Shown here: one piece after another, positions 1-11,160 of the stretch
How positions within the stretch are numbered: the first letter of the stretch is position 1
How the letters are laid out: the number at the start of each line of letters is the position of its first letter
Origin: a bacterium
GTDB taxonomy: Bacteria; Zhuqueibacterota; Zhuqueibacteria; Residuimicrobiales; Krinioviventaceae
Direction: 5' to 3'
DNA length: 64,000 nt
Assembly (NCBI GenBank): GCA_963674595.2
Contig: CAXXFV010000023.1
Coordinates: forward strand, 96,001-160,000
The notes under the pieces: model-generated
The model's database searches: none
Told to the model about the DNA's origin: nothing
Seen by the model: only the letters and a program-made list of their open reading frames with translations
Program-made: the position numbers and the translations under genes

Positions 1-573
1 TTCATGGTTCGCATCTCTTTTTGATTTCTGTACTGGACGGATTTTCAAGATTTATCGTTCACCATGAATTAAGAACTCATATGCAGGAATATGATGTCGA
101 GATTGTACTGCAAAGAGCTTTGGAAAAATATCCAAATGAAAAACCTCGAATTATTTCCGATAATGGTTCACAGTTTATTGCCAATGACTTTAAATCTTTT
201 TTAAGGTTAAATAATTTGACGCACGTTCGAACTTCGATTAATCATCCACAGTCGAATGGTAAAATTGAAGCTTTTCATAAAATCATTAAAAATGAATGCA
301 CCCGAATTCAAAGTATGATTAATCTGGAGGATGCCAGAAATAAAGTCGTACTTTATATCCATCAATACAACTATAACCGGTTACACAGTGCTATTGGATT
401 TATTACACCATTTGACAAATTATCAGGAAAAGCTGATAGTATTTTCAAAGAACGTGATATGAAACTTGAACAAGCCCGCCAAAGAAGGCAGGAAAACAAT
501 AAAATTATAAAGGCAGCTTAAAACTAACTTATTTCAAATATGCCTTTTCTCAAGTTTACCTTGAACCTTTACA
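1..573 (+). mobile_element. IS3-family-like insertion sequence, right part (left part outside window)
   Basis: Transposase C-terminus followed by ~50 nt ending ...CAAGTTTACCTTGAACCTTTACA (573); IS3 elements end in CA. The KAP ORF loses its family character at this point. Confidence 0.7.
3..521 (+). CDS. IS3-family DDE transposase, integrase core (5' partial)
   Basis: Motifs VLDGFSR, ISDNGSQF, HPQSNGKIEAFHK, YNYNRLHSAIGFITP; frame open to the window edge. Confidence 0.9.
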   Translation, partial: HGSHLFLISVLDGFSRFIVHHELRTHMQEYDVEIVLQRALEKYPNEKPRIISDNGSQFIANDFKSFLRLNNLTHVRTSINHPQSNGKIEAFHKIIKNECTRIQSMINLEDARNKVVLYIHQYNYNRLHSAIGFITPFDKLSGKADSIFKERDMKLEQARQRRQENNKIIKAA

Positions 574-1163
574 ATTTCTTTAAAAATTTCCTCAAATTGT
601 TCTGGTGCAAAAGTTTTTGGTTTAGAAACAGTAACTTTGTATTGAACAAATGTTTCTCTTAACAATGTAGTAATGATGGTCAGAATGATTGATATTATTG
701 TTGTTGTTACTTTCAAGTCTTTTTGTGCGGGAAGCATCCAAATAAGTATTAAAAATAATGGTGATAGAGTTAACCACCACCAAACTGAAAATTTCTTTAC
801 TGCTAATTTATGTTCAATATCTTCACTTCTATCTTCATAAAATGAATTAAATCTATCAGAGACATCTAAACTAAAGTGCTCTTTAAGTTCATATAAAAAT
901 GTTCTCCTAAAAGAATCATTAGCATATTTCCAAGCATCGTATATGAAGACAGCGATTTTTAAATTTTTATCAGTATTGAATTTTTCTTGAATTGTCCGAA
1001 TAATTGAAGATTTTCCTACGCCCCAGCCTCCAAAAAGACCAACAGTAAATGGGGTTTCGCTGGTCATTATAATTTTCTCTAATGTATCTACATAAGGTGC
1101 TGCTCCCAACTGGTCACTTTTATCAATATTAATTTCTTTGTCTTTAATATAATTAATTTTCAT
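534..1163 (-). pseudogene. KAP-family P-loop NTPase truncated by the IS
   Basis: PFTVGLFGGWGVGKSS Walker A, YDAWKY, two TM helices; only 209 aa with no Walker B; the last residues are read from the IS end. Confidence 0.8.
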
Positions 1164-1279
1164 ATTGACCTTTAATTATTGTAATAATTAATTTGCATTA
1201 TGACTTTTTAATCGCAGTGAGATAAGTCGAATTTGTCATTTAACGAACACACTCAACTTTCCCAACAAATATTGATTGT

Positions 1280-1522
1280 GAAACAATAGAAATATGATTA
1301 TCAATCCGACTCAACATTTTTTCGTGTTTATCTAATTCCCGAATTTAAAATAGATGGTAAATCAGCCAAAGGTTAATCAGAAACGCCCGTGCTCACCCAA
1401 TTGTCCCGAAAAACAAAGCTTTATGGCTGATAAAGGAATTATACAAATTATTTAAAAACAGCGCAAGGTGTTTTTAAAAAAAGTATCTCCATAATTTAAT
1501 AAAAAGGTGTTTTCAAAGAGCG
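1280..1522 (-). repeat. Promoter + structured RNA module, copy A
   Basis: ~243-bp near-identical direct repeat of 2518-2761; minus-strand TTGCGC(1466-1461)-N17-TATAAT(1443-1438) followed by a long hairpin (1431-1361). Confidence 0.85.
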
Positions 1523-1767
1523 CTTATTGGTGTCACAATGCCCTTGATTATTTTCATTTTTGGGAATGGTTGATAATCATGATACCTTTTACAATAATCT
1601 TTTATTTTATCTATATCAGAAATACTGGTAAGGATTACTAAATTTGTTCAGTGACCACGCCCGCTATAAAAAAAATGAATTTGTGTTTTGTGGTTAATTA
1701 ATTCATTCTCTCTTTACGTGCAGGGCGCTTTCTTAGCGGCTAAAGCCCGCTATAAAAAACTAAATTT

Positions 1768-1794
1768 GTGTGGCACGCGCCTTTAGGCCGTGCC
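1768..1794 (+). repeat. REP-like hairpin flanking RAYT
   Basis: GTGTGGCACGCGCCTTTAGGCCGTGCC; perfect inverted copy at 2432-2458. Confidence 0.85.
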
Positions 1795-1827
1795 ATTGAA
1801 TTTATGAGAAATAAAAATTTCTAGTTA

Positions 1828-2376
1828 TTAATTCATTAAAACAGGAATGCCCAATTGATCAGGTATTAATCCTTCACCAAACATTTTGGCATGTGCTGAA
1901 GACCAAAGCCAGTCCTGGGCTTTTGGAGCCAAACCTGCACGAACCGGATTTTGTTCTATATAATGAATAGAAGCATGGATCGCTTTTGCCGACCACATGT
2001 TTCTATCATAGCCTCCACCAGCTTGCCAAAAGCGAAAGACCTTTTTGCCTTTGATTTCCAGGCACATTTTTATATATAATTCTGGATTGTTTTCTTTTAA
2101 CAGATTTCTGTACCTTGTTGACATTTTCCCTTTGATTGACTGCATTATTTTAGATATGTTATAATCCTTTTCTATTGGGTAAATTAACAGGTGAACATGT
2201 GTCGGCATTAGCACGTATGCCCAAATATGGAAATGAAACTCTTTTCCGGCTTTTTCTAACTCTTCAATAAATAAGGAACAGCTTGTACTATCAACAAGAT
2301 ATCTATATTGATGATAACATGAAAAAGTTAATTCATGAGCATGGCCTTTAATATTATAGACTCTTTTCGTTTTCAT
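1828..2376 (-). CDS. REP-associated tyrosine transposase (RAYT, HUH Y1)
   Basis: HELTFSC, AYVLMPTHVHLLI (HUH), FWQ, YIEQNPVRAGL, WLWSS motifs; flanked by inverted REPs. Confidence 0.9.
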   Translation of the reverse strand: MKTKRVYNIKGHAHELTFSCYHQYRYLVDSTSCSLFIEELEKAGKEFHFHIWAYVLMPTHVHLLIYPIEKDYNISKIMQSIKGKMSTRYRNLLKENNPELYIKMCLEIKGKKVFRFWQAGGGYDRNMWSAKAIHASIHYIEQNPVRAGLAPKAQDWLWSSAHAKMFGEGLIPDQLGIPVLMN

Positions 2377-2431
2377 TTTTTTTCAGGGTGGTATTTGAGC
2401 TTGTGTTGCTTATTTATAGTTGTTTAGCACG

Positions 2432-2458
2432 GGCACGGCCTAAAGGCGCGTGCCACAC
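2432..2458 (-). repeat. REP-like hairpin flanking RAYT
   Basis: Exact 27-bp reverse complement of 1768-1794. Confidence 0.85.
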
Positions 2459-2517
2459 GTTTTTTAGTTTATTAATTTATTTTTCCGTTACGTGCAGAGC
2501 GCTTTTTTAGCGACTAC

Positions 2518-2761
2518 GAAACAATAAGAATATGATTTTAAATACGACGCAACTCTTCCTCGTATTTGTCTAATTCCCGAATTTAAAATAGATGGTAAAT
2601 CAGCCAAAGGTTAATCAGGAACGCCCGTGCTCACCCAATTGTCCTGAAAAACAAAACTGTTATGACTGATAAATGAATCATACAAATTATTTAAAAACAG
2701 CGCAAGGTGTTTTTAAAAAAAGTATCTCCATAATTTAATAAAAAGGTGTTTTCAAAGAGCG
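2518..2761 (-). repeat. Promoter + structured RNA module, copy B (upstream of RAYT)
   Basis: Direct repeat of copy A; TTGCGC(2705-2700)-N17-TATGAT(2682-2677). Confidence 0.85.
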
Positions 2762-2866
2762 ATATGTTTTGTACTTTCTTATAGTATCATAACACGAAAA
2801 GTGTTTTTTAAAATTCAGGGGACAATATACAATATTAATAAAAATCCTGTTTATAAGGGAGTTGAA

Positions 2867-5800
2867 ATGATCAAGAATGCACCTTTGTATGGGAAAATTT
2901 TATCGTTATTTATTTTTGTTTTAATAGTCGGTTTTATGAGCTGTGGGCCGGATAATGAAAACGGCTGGACCACCTATCGCCACGACGGTTTTCGCAGCGG
3001 TGTAACGACGACTCCGTTGCCGGATAACCTTCAGCCGCAATGGACTTTTAAAACCTCACACGAACCAGTCACGGCCTGGCACAAACCCGGCGAAGAATTA
3101 CCCCGAATGCATTCCGACAACACCTACCATATCACCGCCGCAAACGGCCTCACCTATTTTGGTTCTTCTGTTGATGATAAAGTTTATGCCCTGGATACAT
3201 TTACCGGCAAAATAAAATGGACATTTTTTACAAACGGTCCGGTTCGCTTTGCGCCATCGTTATGGAAGGGCCGTGTTTATGTCGGCTCGGATGACGGACA
3301 TGTTTATTGTTTAAAAGCATCCAGCGGCAAACTGATCTGGAAATACCGGCCGGGACCGTCGGACAAAAAGGTGCTGGGAAACGGACGAATGATTTCCCTG
3401 TGGCCGGTGCGTACCAGTGTTCTGGTTAAGCATGATGTTGTTTATTGTGGCGCCGGTGTTTTTCCCTATGAAGGTATTTATATTTGTGCCCTGAATGCCA
3501 GGAACGGAAATATTCTCTGGAAAAATGATACCATCGGTGACAAGGCCTATGAACTGCAATACGGCGGTATTTCTCCGCACGGGTATTTACTCGGGCTTCA
3601 AAGGACGTTTTATACGTCCCATCCGGTCGGGCCATGCCGGCTGCATTCAACCTTTACAATGGTCAGTTTCTTTACACATTGAGTCCGGGCAGCAAAGTTG
3701 GTGGCACCTGGGGACTCATTAGTGATGATTTGCTGATTGCCGGTGTTGACCGCTCCGGTACGCCCGCCAAGGTGGCTTATGATGTGGAAACCGGACGCCG
3801 TCAGGGCGATGCATTTGTCTCTCTGGACGGTATTGACATGGTGACTACCAAAAATATTTCCTATGTGGTGACGCAAGAGGGAATCCATGCGGTGGACCGT
3901 ATCAAATTTCCCACTATTAAAGACAGAATTGATTCGTTACAAAAAAAGATGTCCGGCATCAATAAATCATTGCGCAAAATGGCCCAGGTCAATCTGGAAT
4001 CCAATATTAAGGCAAACAAAGAATTTAAATCAGCCATTACTGAAATGGAGGGGTTAAAATCTGAAATTGAACAGATTAAAAATTCTGCCATCAAATGGCA
4101 GATCAATAAAAAGGACCTTAATACAATTATTATGGCGGATAACAAACTTGTGGCCGGAGGCAAAGATGCTGTTTTTATACTCGACGCACAGACCGGCAAA
4201 GACCTGCAAAAGCTTGAAATTCAGGGTACGGCCATGGGACTGGCCGTGTCTGACGGTTGTTTGCTGACCACCAATGAAAAGGGTCAAATATTTTGTTTTG
4301 GTAAAAAAAATGTGCCAGATACTGAAATGATTGAGCCAAACCTGACCGCTTCCGGATTTGAAAAGCACAAATTGTCCTCGTTTTATCAAAAAGCAGCGGA
4401 ACAGATTTTGCAAGAAACCGGTGTTAAAAAAGGCTATTGCCTGGTATTGGGTGCCCGGGAAGGCCGACTTGCATACGAACTTGCCCGAAAAAGTGATTTA
4501 AAGGTAATCGGCATTGAAAAAGATGCCGGTAAGATAAAAAAAGCGCGGAAGAATTTGGACAAAGCCGGATTATACGGTTCACGTGTTGTCGTTGAAAACT
4601 GGGACATTTCGAATCTGCCGGACTATTTTGCCAATCTTGTTGTTTCCGATGATTTTCTCTTATCCGGTAAAATAAATACCGATTCAAAAGAGATTTATCG
4701 GGTGCTCAAACCTCTGGGCGGAGTAGCTTGTTTTGGTCAGGCAGAGGATATGGATCATCCGATGCGGGCAATGGACCAGCAGGCTCTTGTCGAACAGATG
4801 CAGCAACTTGATGGAACGTTATCACAAAACAGCAGTAACTGGGTTACTGTGACACGTGGCGCCCTCCAGGGCGCCGGCGGCTGGACGCACCAGTATGCTG
4901 ATCCGGCTAATACGGTATGCTCTGATGATCAGTTGACCAATTATCCTTTTAGCGTGTTGTGGTTCGGTGAACCAGGTCCGGAAAAAATGGTGGAACGTCA
5001 TGCCCGTGCCGCTTCACCGGTTGCCCGGGACGGCCGTATGTTTATTCAGGGCGAAAATGTGATCATGGCTTATGATACTTATAACGGCGTTAAACTATGG
5101 GAGCGGGACATTCCGGGAGCGAACCGGGTGCGCGTGGATGTGGACGGCGGTAACCTGGCCTTGTCCGATTATGGATTGCTGGTGGCGACAGGTAACCAAT
5201 GTTTGCTTCTTGATGTACAGACCGGTCAAACCCTGAAAACATTTGAATTACCGGCTTTAACGCATAGTAAATCCCGGCGTTGGGGGTATATAGCCTGTTC
5301 CGGTTCGACGCTTTATGGATCTGCAGCGAAATCTTTTGCCAACGAATACAATTTTTTGTGGAAAAATATAAGCGGGAAAATAGCGAAAAAAGGTTCGGAA
5401 CAATCAGGCGTATCATCCTACATGGCGTCTCAATTTCAGTCAGAGGAACGGGCCAGAAATGAAATGCAGCAGTCCGGCGCCAAGTGGCATTTTATCACCA
5501 ATTTCCCTGCCTGGGACGGCGGTATCGTTGGTGTGGAACCGGCAACTGAACAAATTATGCGTAGCGATGTCCTGTTTGCTATGGATATTAAAACCGGCAA
5601 AACCAAATGGATATATCAGGGTAAAAAAATCGGACATATAACCATTTCCATAGGTGACGGCAAAATTCATTTTGCAGATAACCAGGTCACCCCGGAACAA
5701 AAGCAAAAAGCGATTCAGGTTCGGAAAAAATATACTCAGGAAGGCATCTGGGAAGACTATGCCGAGCCGGTGAAAAACAATCAGACTGATGTTCGTCTGG

Positions 5801-7875
5801 TAACGGTATTGGACTGTGAAACAGGTGCTAAAATTTGGCAACAGCCGGTTGATCTGTCCGGATGCGGCGGTGATGCGGTTGCATCTGCTTATAAAGACAA
5901 TACCCTGCTTTTCTTTGGCAGTTTTGGTTTACATGATAAATGGCGTTTCCCGGCTGGTGAATTGAAATGGCACCGGGTGACGGCCTTGTCCTCAGATACC
6001 GGACACCTGCTATGGTCCCGGCCGCTTAACTATATGGTCCGTCCGGTTATTATAGACGACACAATTATTGTCGAACCCCGTGCCTGTGATCTGAAAACAG
6101 GGAAAATTAAAACTCGTGTGCATCCAATCACCGGGCAGACTGTTCCATGGGAATATTACCGTCCCGGCCATACCTGCGCTGTAACATCGGCAAGTTCTAC
6201 CTGCCTGTTTTACCGTTCTTATAATGCGGCCTTTTATGATTTGAAAAACGATCAAGGCATTACTTATTACGGCGCTATCCGTCCGGGCTGCTGGATCAAC
6301 ATGGTCCCGGCCAACGGGTTGTTATTGTTTCCGGAAGCAAGCGCGGGCTGTACGTGCTCTTTTCCACTGCGGACTACCATGGTTTTGAAACCCCAGCCTT
6401 ATGACAATAAAAGTGACTGGAGTATTTTTGTCAGCCAGGGACCGGTAACACCGGTTAAACGGCTCGCCATTAATCTGGGTGCGCCCGGTGATAAAAAGGA
6501 TAATGGCGGCAATATCTGGTTTGGTTATCCGCGACCGGGTATAGGTTATGGAATAAAATTTGATCTTAACGAAAAGATCCGGGATAATATGGGTTATTTT
6601 TATTATGATGCCCGGGGTGTGGATATTAAGGGCACGGACAAACCATGGCTATGTACATCCGGGTGTGCCGGTCTTTCCGAATGTACTATTCCATTGATCG
6701 ATGAACTTTGGAATGCAGAACCGGGACGTTATACTGTGAGACTCGGTTTTTTCGCACCTTTAGGGAACCGAACCTTTGATATTAAACTTCAGGATGAAAC
6801 CGTGCTTCAGGATTTTAACCTGACAAAGGAAGCGGGTCGGGACAAACACGTGATTGTCAAAGAATTTAATAATGTACAGGTTACAGGAGACCTTGTACTG
6901 GAACTGGTCCCGAAAAAAGAGACGGTAAACGCCGACCAGGCGCCGGTTATTAATTTTATTGAAATCCTTCGTAAAGATGTTGCCGCTGTTGCCGAATCGG
7001 CTGTTTCAAAAGAGCTGTTGAAAAACAGCAAAGCAAATGAAATGTTAAGAATGGCCCAAAAAGCTTTGGCGGATAATGATGTAAACAAGGCGCTGGACCT
7101 TTTTCATACTGTTTTTAAAACTTCTTCTAAAGCTGCGCAAATAAAAGCGTTGCATGGTATGGAACAAATCGGCAGTCCAAAATCTTTGAACGTCATTGAG
7201 AAATATTTACGATACACAGAACCAATATATTGGGATTACAAGATTCCCACATCAGATTTTATTGATAAAGTTAATGCTGTATATGTCGCTATTGCCCTAA
7301 ACCAGGCTGATACAAATCCGCAAAAGGCAAAAGCCATGCTGGACCAGGCTTCAAGGATAGCCACAGATGTCAAGTTGAAACAGAAAATTTCCGCCGAACT
7401 TTTTAAACTTGGTGATCAATCAACAACGGCAATTTCTGACAATATGGTTCCCGGAATATCCTATGATTTTTACGAAGGTCATTTTACGACGGTCGATGGC
7501 TTGGATCTGTCGCAGCCAAAAAGCAGTGGTGTGATGAACACAATAAAACTTGATGAACCGAAAGGTGTTGACAGTTTTGGTTATCATTTCAAAGGTTACC
7601 TGTCTGTTCCAAAAGACGGCTTTTATACTTTTTTTATAGAATCAAATGACGGCAGCAAACTGTATATTCATGATCGGGAGCTTGTCAATAACGACGGCGC
7701 GCATGGTGTTAAAGAGGAATCCGGCAAGACGTTTTTACAAAAAGGATTGCAGCCTTTTGCTGTAAAATATTTTCAGATGGGCAGCGGTAAGGCCCTGAAA
7801 GTGAGCTGGCAGAGTGATAACTCGGCTAAAAAAGAAATTAGTCAGAAATACTTTTTTCATGAGGTCGCTAAATAA
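2867..7875 (+). CDS. Large lipoprotein: PQQ-like/BamB beta-propellers, SAM-methyltransferase-like domain, malectin-like domain, helical repeats, C-terminal PA14 (one frameshift near 3590)
   Basis: ORFs 2801-3682 and 3634-7875 join as GYLL-ASKDVLYVPSGRAMPAAF; lipobox-like FMSC; WTTYRHDGFRSG and TGKxxW repeats; YCLVLGAREGRL; SNDGSKL/NNDGAHG PA14 motifs. Confidence 0.75.
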
Positions 7876-7948
7876 TCTGGTTTCAGGTGGATAATGTATA
7901 TAGTTGAATAAAATTGTATGCTTGTAAAAAGCATAGTTGTGGATTTTT

Positions 7949-9112
7949 ATGAAATTTTTTGAAAAGCTGTTTTTCCTTTTTATCGCCTCTTGTTTTATTT
8001 ACAGTCCAAACGCCTTGGCTTGTAAATACACGGTGCGTGATATTGGTTTTACAGATCTGGGATCGTCACCGTACCAGCTCTATTTTTATGTTGATGCCGG
8101 CACGCCACAGGACATTATAAACTCCTTTGAACGATTTGCCTATGCGTCATTGCTTGAATCCAATGTAGAAACTCACACTATTCACGTACAACAGCAGAAA
8201 AATCATCAGGCCCTGGCTTTTCTGAATGCACAAAAAAGATCTTTGCCTCTTGTTATTCTTGTTGATGAAAGAGGCAGGACAATTAATTTGCCGCTCAATT
8301 TAACGAACGGTGATGTAAAACAAAATATCTGGCAAACCGTTGAGAGTGCTGTTTCTTCGCACCTGCGTCAAAAAATTGTGGATTTGGTCACCACAACATT
8401 TGGTGTTGTTCTGCTGATTGAAGGAACAGATAATACTGCCAATGATTTGGCAGTATCACGTATCGACAAAGCTGTTGACGATATTTCACAAATCCAACGC
8501 ATTATGCCCAAACCTGTTAAAGGACGGCCCCAGGTTGTAAAACTGTCCCGGAAAGATTTTTTGCAAGAAAAAGTATTACTCTGGAGCCTGGATATCGATA
8601 CGGAAAAAATTACAGGACCCCAGGTTGCGGTGTTATTCGGCAGGGGGCGGCGTATTGGTTCGGTGTTAAGCGGCCAGGACATTACCCGTGAAAACATTTT
8701 TGGCCTGCTGGCTATCATTGGTGCAGACTGCGAGTGTGGTCTGGACAAATCCATAATGCTGGGAAAAATGATTCCGTTGAGATGGGAAAAGCATGTGCAG
8801 ACGATTCTCGTTTCCAGTCTCGGCTTTGATGTGGAAAATCCCATGATCAAAGCAGAAATGGGACAGATTTTGTCCATCGCACCAACAAAACAGGGTAAAA
8901 ATCCTTTAACAGCCTACCAGGAAGGTATTGTTCGGTTTGACAGTGTCATGTCCGTACCCACCATGTCGTCCAACCAATTCAGACCAGTATCATCTAATTC
9001 TTCTCTTGCAAAGGGCTTTTCGTGGTTATCTGTTGGATTTTTAGCAGGAACCGGTTTAATAATCGTTATTTTAGTTTTTTCTGCTGTGATATTTTTCAAA
9101 GTGAAAAAGTAG
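7949..9112 (+). CDS. Secreted hypothetical protein with C-terminal TM anchor
   Basis: Signal peptide, ACKYTVRD and ADCECG cysteine motifs, hydrophobic C-terminus. Confidence 0.65.
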   Translation: MKFFEKLFFLFIASCFIYSPNALACKYTVRDIGFTDLGSSPYQLYFYVDAGTPQDIINSFERFAYASLLESNVETHTIHVQQQKNHQALAFLNAQKRSLPLVILVDERGRTINLPLNLTNGDVKQNIWQTVESAVSSHLRQKIVDLVTTTFGVVLLIEGTDNTANDLAVSRIDKAVDDISQIQRIMPKPVKGRPQVVKLSRKDFLQEKVLLWSLDIDTEKITGPQVAVLFGRGRRIGSVLSGQDITRENIFGLLAIIGADCECGLDKSIMLGKMIPLRWEKHVQTILVSSLGFDVENPMIKAEMGQILSIAPTKQGKNPLTAYQEGIVRFDSVMSVPTMSSNQFRPVSSNSSLAKGFSWLSVGFLAGTGLIIVILVFSAVIFFKVKK

Positions 9113-9117
9113 GGGAG

Positions 9118-9141
9118 AACACCGCTCTAAAGAACGGCGTT
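9118..9141. repeat. Palindromic REP-like element (second family)
   Basis: AACACCGCTCTAAAGAACGGCGTT, related to the perfect palindrome at 25288-25307. Confidence 0.55.
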
Positions 9142-9212
9142 GGGCATTCATTGTCAAGTTCTATTTTTTTGATAATTAAAATGTCGAACTCCGGCCTTTA
9201 ATCCTGTATAAT

Positions 9213-10694
9213 TTAATAAATCTCTGCAAGTTTAGATGCCGCATTTTCAATGCCAGTATTAAATAGAGTTCCCAAATCTCCTTTAACCTCTTCTTTAACT
9301 ATTTTTAAGAGCTCCCCGGTGTTCACTTTATTGCAATGTAATTGGATTGAATAAAAAGAGTCAACTTTACTGACGCTTCCGCTTATAATATGCTGGACGT
9401 TTAATAATTTTCCTATTTCAACCAGATTTGTCGTTGTTATATCACCCAATTGTTTGAATCCGTGCTTTAGAAGTATACTATCTATTTCTTTCCGGTCCAT
9501 TATTTTCATTTTGCCTAAACAAAACAGTTCATATTGTAACCTGTCTGTTAATTCGAGTGTTATATTGTCTGAAATTCCTTCTGTCTTGAGTTTTAAAATG
9601 GCGATCTTTTTTTGGTCCAGGGCAGGGAATTCGTTTTTGTATTTTAATATTATGCTTTCAATATCAATATTTAAGTATCTTTTATTAAAGTCCTGATTTG
9701 GTTCTGACTCCAAATAAAGTTCATAATATTTTAGCGATTGCGATAGATTACCTTTTGTTTCATAACTCAATGCTAGAATTAATTTTGCCCAGGTGAGGTC
9801 TGATTTTGCTTTCAACGCAGCTTTACACGTTTCGATTGCTTTATCGTATGACCCAAGACCATACAGTGCCCATCCGATATTTTCTTGAAATCCTGCAAAA
9901 TTATTTAAATTATATACATTGCGAAAATCCACTAATCCATTTTCATAGTCCTTTTGTGCACAATATAGAATACCTCTCAAGTTTAATGCTTTTTCACTTT
10001 TCGGATTAATACCTAAAGCCATATTGCAGTCTTTAAGTGCAAGTACATAATCACCTTTAATTTCATATACCAAAGCCCTTTGAAAATATGCGTCATCGTT
10101 ATTTGGATCAAGTTGAATCACTTTTGAATAATCACTAATAGATGATTGGAAGTTTTGTGCTTCTTTATAAGCAAATGCCCGCCAAATATATGTTTGCAGA
10201 CTGTCTGAAGAATTTACGAAAAGATGTTTTGTTAAATCCTTTATTGCCAAATCATAGTTACCGATTTTGATAAGGGATATACCCCTTAAATAATATATAT
10301 TTTTAGGAAAATCCTCGTCGCTGGATTTGATATCTAATGCTTGTGATAAATCTTTTACGGCCTCTTGAAATTTTTGTGTATAAAAATATGCAGCACCTCT
10401 GCAATAGTAATTAAGTGGAATATTTTTATTTAATTCGATTGCTTTTGTAAAATCCTTTATTGCCAAGTTTAGATTCATTTTTAGTGAATAAGCTAGTCCC
10501 CTTACCCGATATGACAGGTCATAATTTGGATTATATCTTATTGCCTCTGTGGCTTTAGAGATGGCCTGATCATATTTTTCTTCATCTAAAAGTTGGGATG
10601 CCTGTATAGCTAGCTTTTCTTCCTTTTGGGCCATAGCGGCAGTTATCACAAATAGAATGATATAAATGATTTGCAGATTTTTTGTTTTATTCAT
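9213..10694 (-). CDS. TPR-repeat exported protein with C-terminal CsgG/LpoB-like alpha/beta domain
   Basis: Signal-like N-terminus, about eight TPR repeats, KIAILKL...IMDRKEIDSIL...IGKLLNVQHIISGSVSK. Confidence 0.75.
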   Translation of the reverse strand: MNKTKNLQIIYIILFVITAAMAQKEEKLAIQASQLLDEEKYDQAISKATEAIRYNPNYDLSYRVRGLAYSLKMNLNLAIKDFTKAIELNKNIPLNYYCRGAAYFYTQKFQEAVKDLSQALDIKSSDEDFPKNIYYLRGISLIKIGNYDLAIKDLTKHLFVNSSDSLQTYIWRAFAYKEAQNFQSSISDYSKVIQLDPNNDDAYFQRALVYEIKGDYVLALKDCNMALGINPKSEKALNLRGILYCAQKDYENGLVDFRNVYNLNNFAGFQENIGWALYGLGSYDKAIETCKAALKAKSDLTWAKLILALSYETKGNLSQSLKYYELYLESEPNQDFNKRYLNIDIESIILKYKNEFPALDQKKIAILKLKTEGISDNITLELTDRLQYELFCLGKMKIMDRKEIDSILLKHGFKQLGDITTTNLVEIGKLLNVQHIISGSVSKVDSFYSIQLHCNKVNTGELLKIVKEEVKGDLGTLFNTGIENAASKLAEIY

Positions 10695-10820
10695 CAAAAT
10701 ATCTCCTTTACAACGCAAAAGGCTTTATATTTATAATGGAAAGGGTGTTTAAAGGCTATTTGCACCCAAGATAACATATTTTTAAAAGTGTCCTGTAAGA
10801 AATAATAAATTTGTGTATTT

Positions 10821-11001
10821 GTGTGGCACGTGCCTTTAGGCCGTGTCAGCTTGCTAAAAGCGAAAGACCTTTTTACCTCTGATTTCCAGGCACATCTTTA
10901 TATATAATTCAGGATTGTTTTCTTTTAACAGATTGCTGTACCTTGTTGACATTTTTCCTTTGATTGCCTGCAAAATTACAGATATGTTATAATCTTTTTC
11001 T
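10821..11001 (-). pseudogene. REP hairpin plus internal RAYT remnant
   Basis: REP at 10821-10847; 10847-11001 aligns by eye to RAYT 2019-2173. Confidence 0.85.
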
Positions 11002-11011
11002 CGTAGGTTTT

Positions 11012-11145
11012 TAATCCCGTATTTAAAATAGGTGGAAAACCAGCCAAAGGTTAATCAGGAATGCCCATGTTTACCCAATTATCCTGAAAAACAAAACGTT
11101 GTGCTGATAAAAGAATTATACAAATTATATGAAAACCAAGCAAGT
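11012..11145 (-). repeat. Promoter + structured RNA module, copy C
   Basis: Diverged copy; TTGCTT(11143-11138)-N17-TATAAT(11120-11115); hairpin retained. Confidence 0.8.
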
Positions 11146-11160
11146 GCCAAATCCCACGAT

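Noticed and set aside
1355-1390. c-di-GMP-I (GEMM) riboswitch resemblance on the + strand (GGTAAATCAGCCAAAGG)
   Set aside because: Lacks GACGCAAAG and P2, is not kept in copy D, and both the promoter and the wobble pairs point to the minus strand.
1657-2520. CRISPR array or integron attC sites
   Set aside because: Repeats are irregularly spaced and partly inverted; no cas genes and no clear RYYYAAC...GTTRRRY boxes.
3311-7088. Short antisense and alternate-frame ORFs within long genes (also elsewhere in the window)
   Set aside because: Shadow ORFs without recognisable motifs or RBS.
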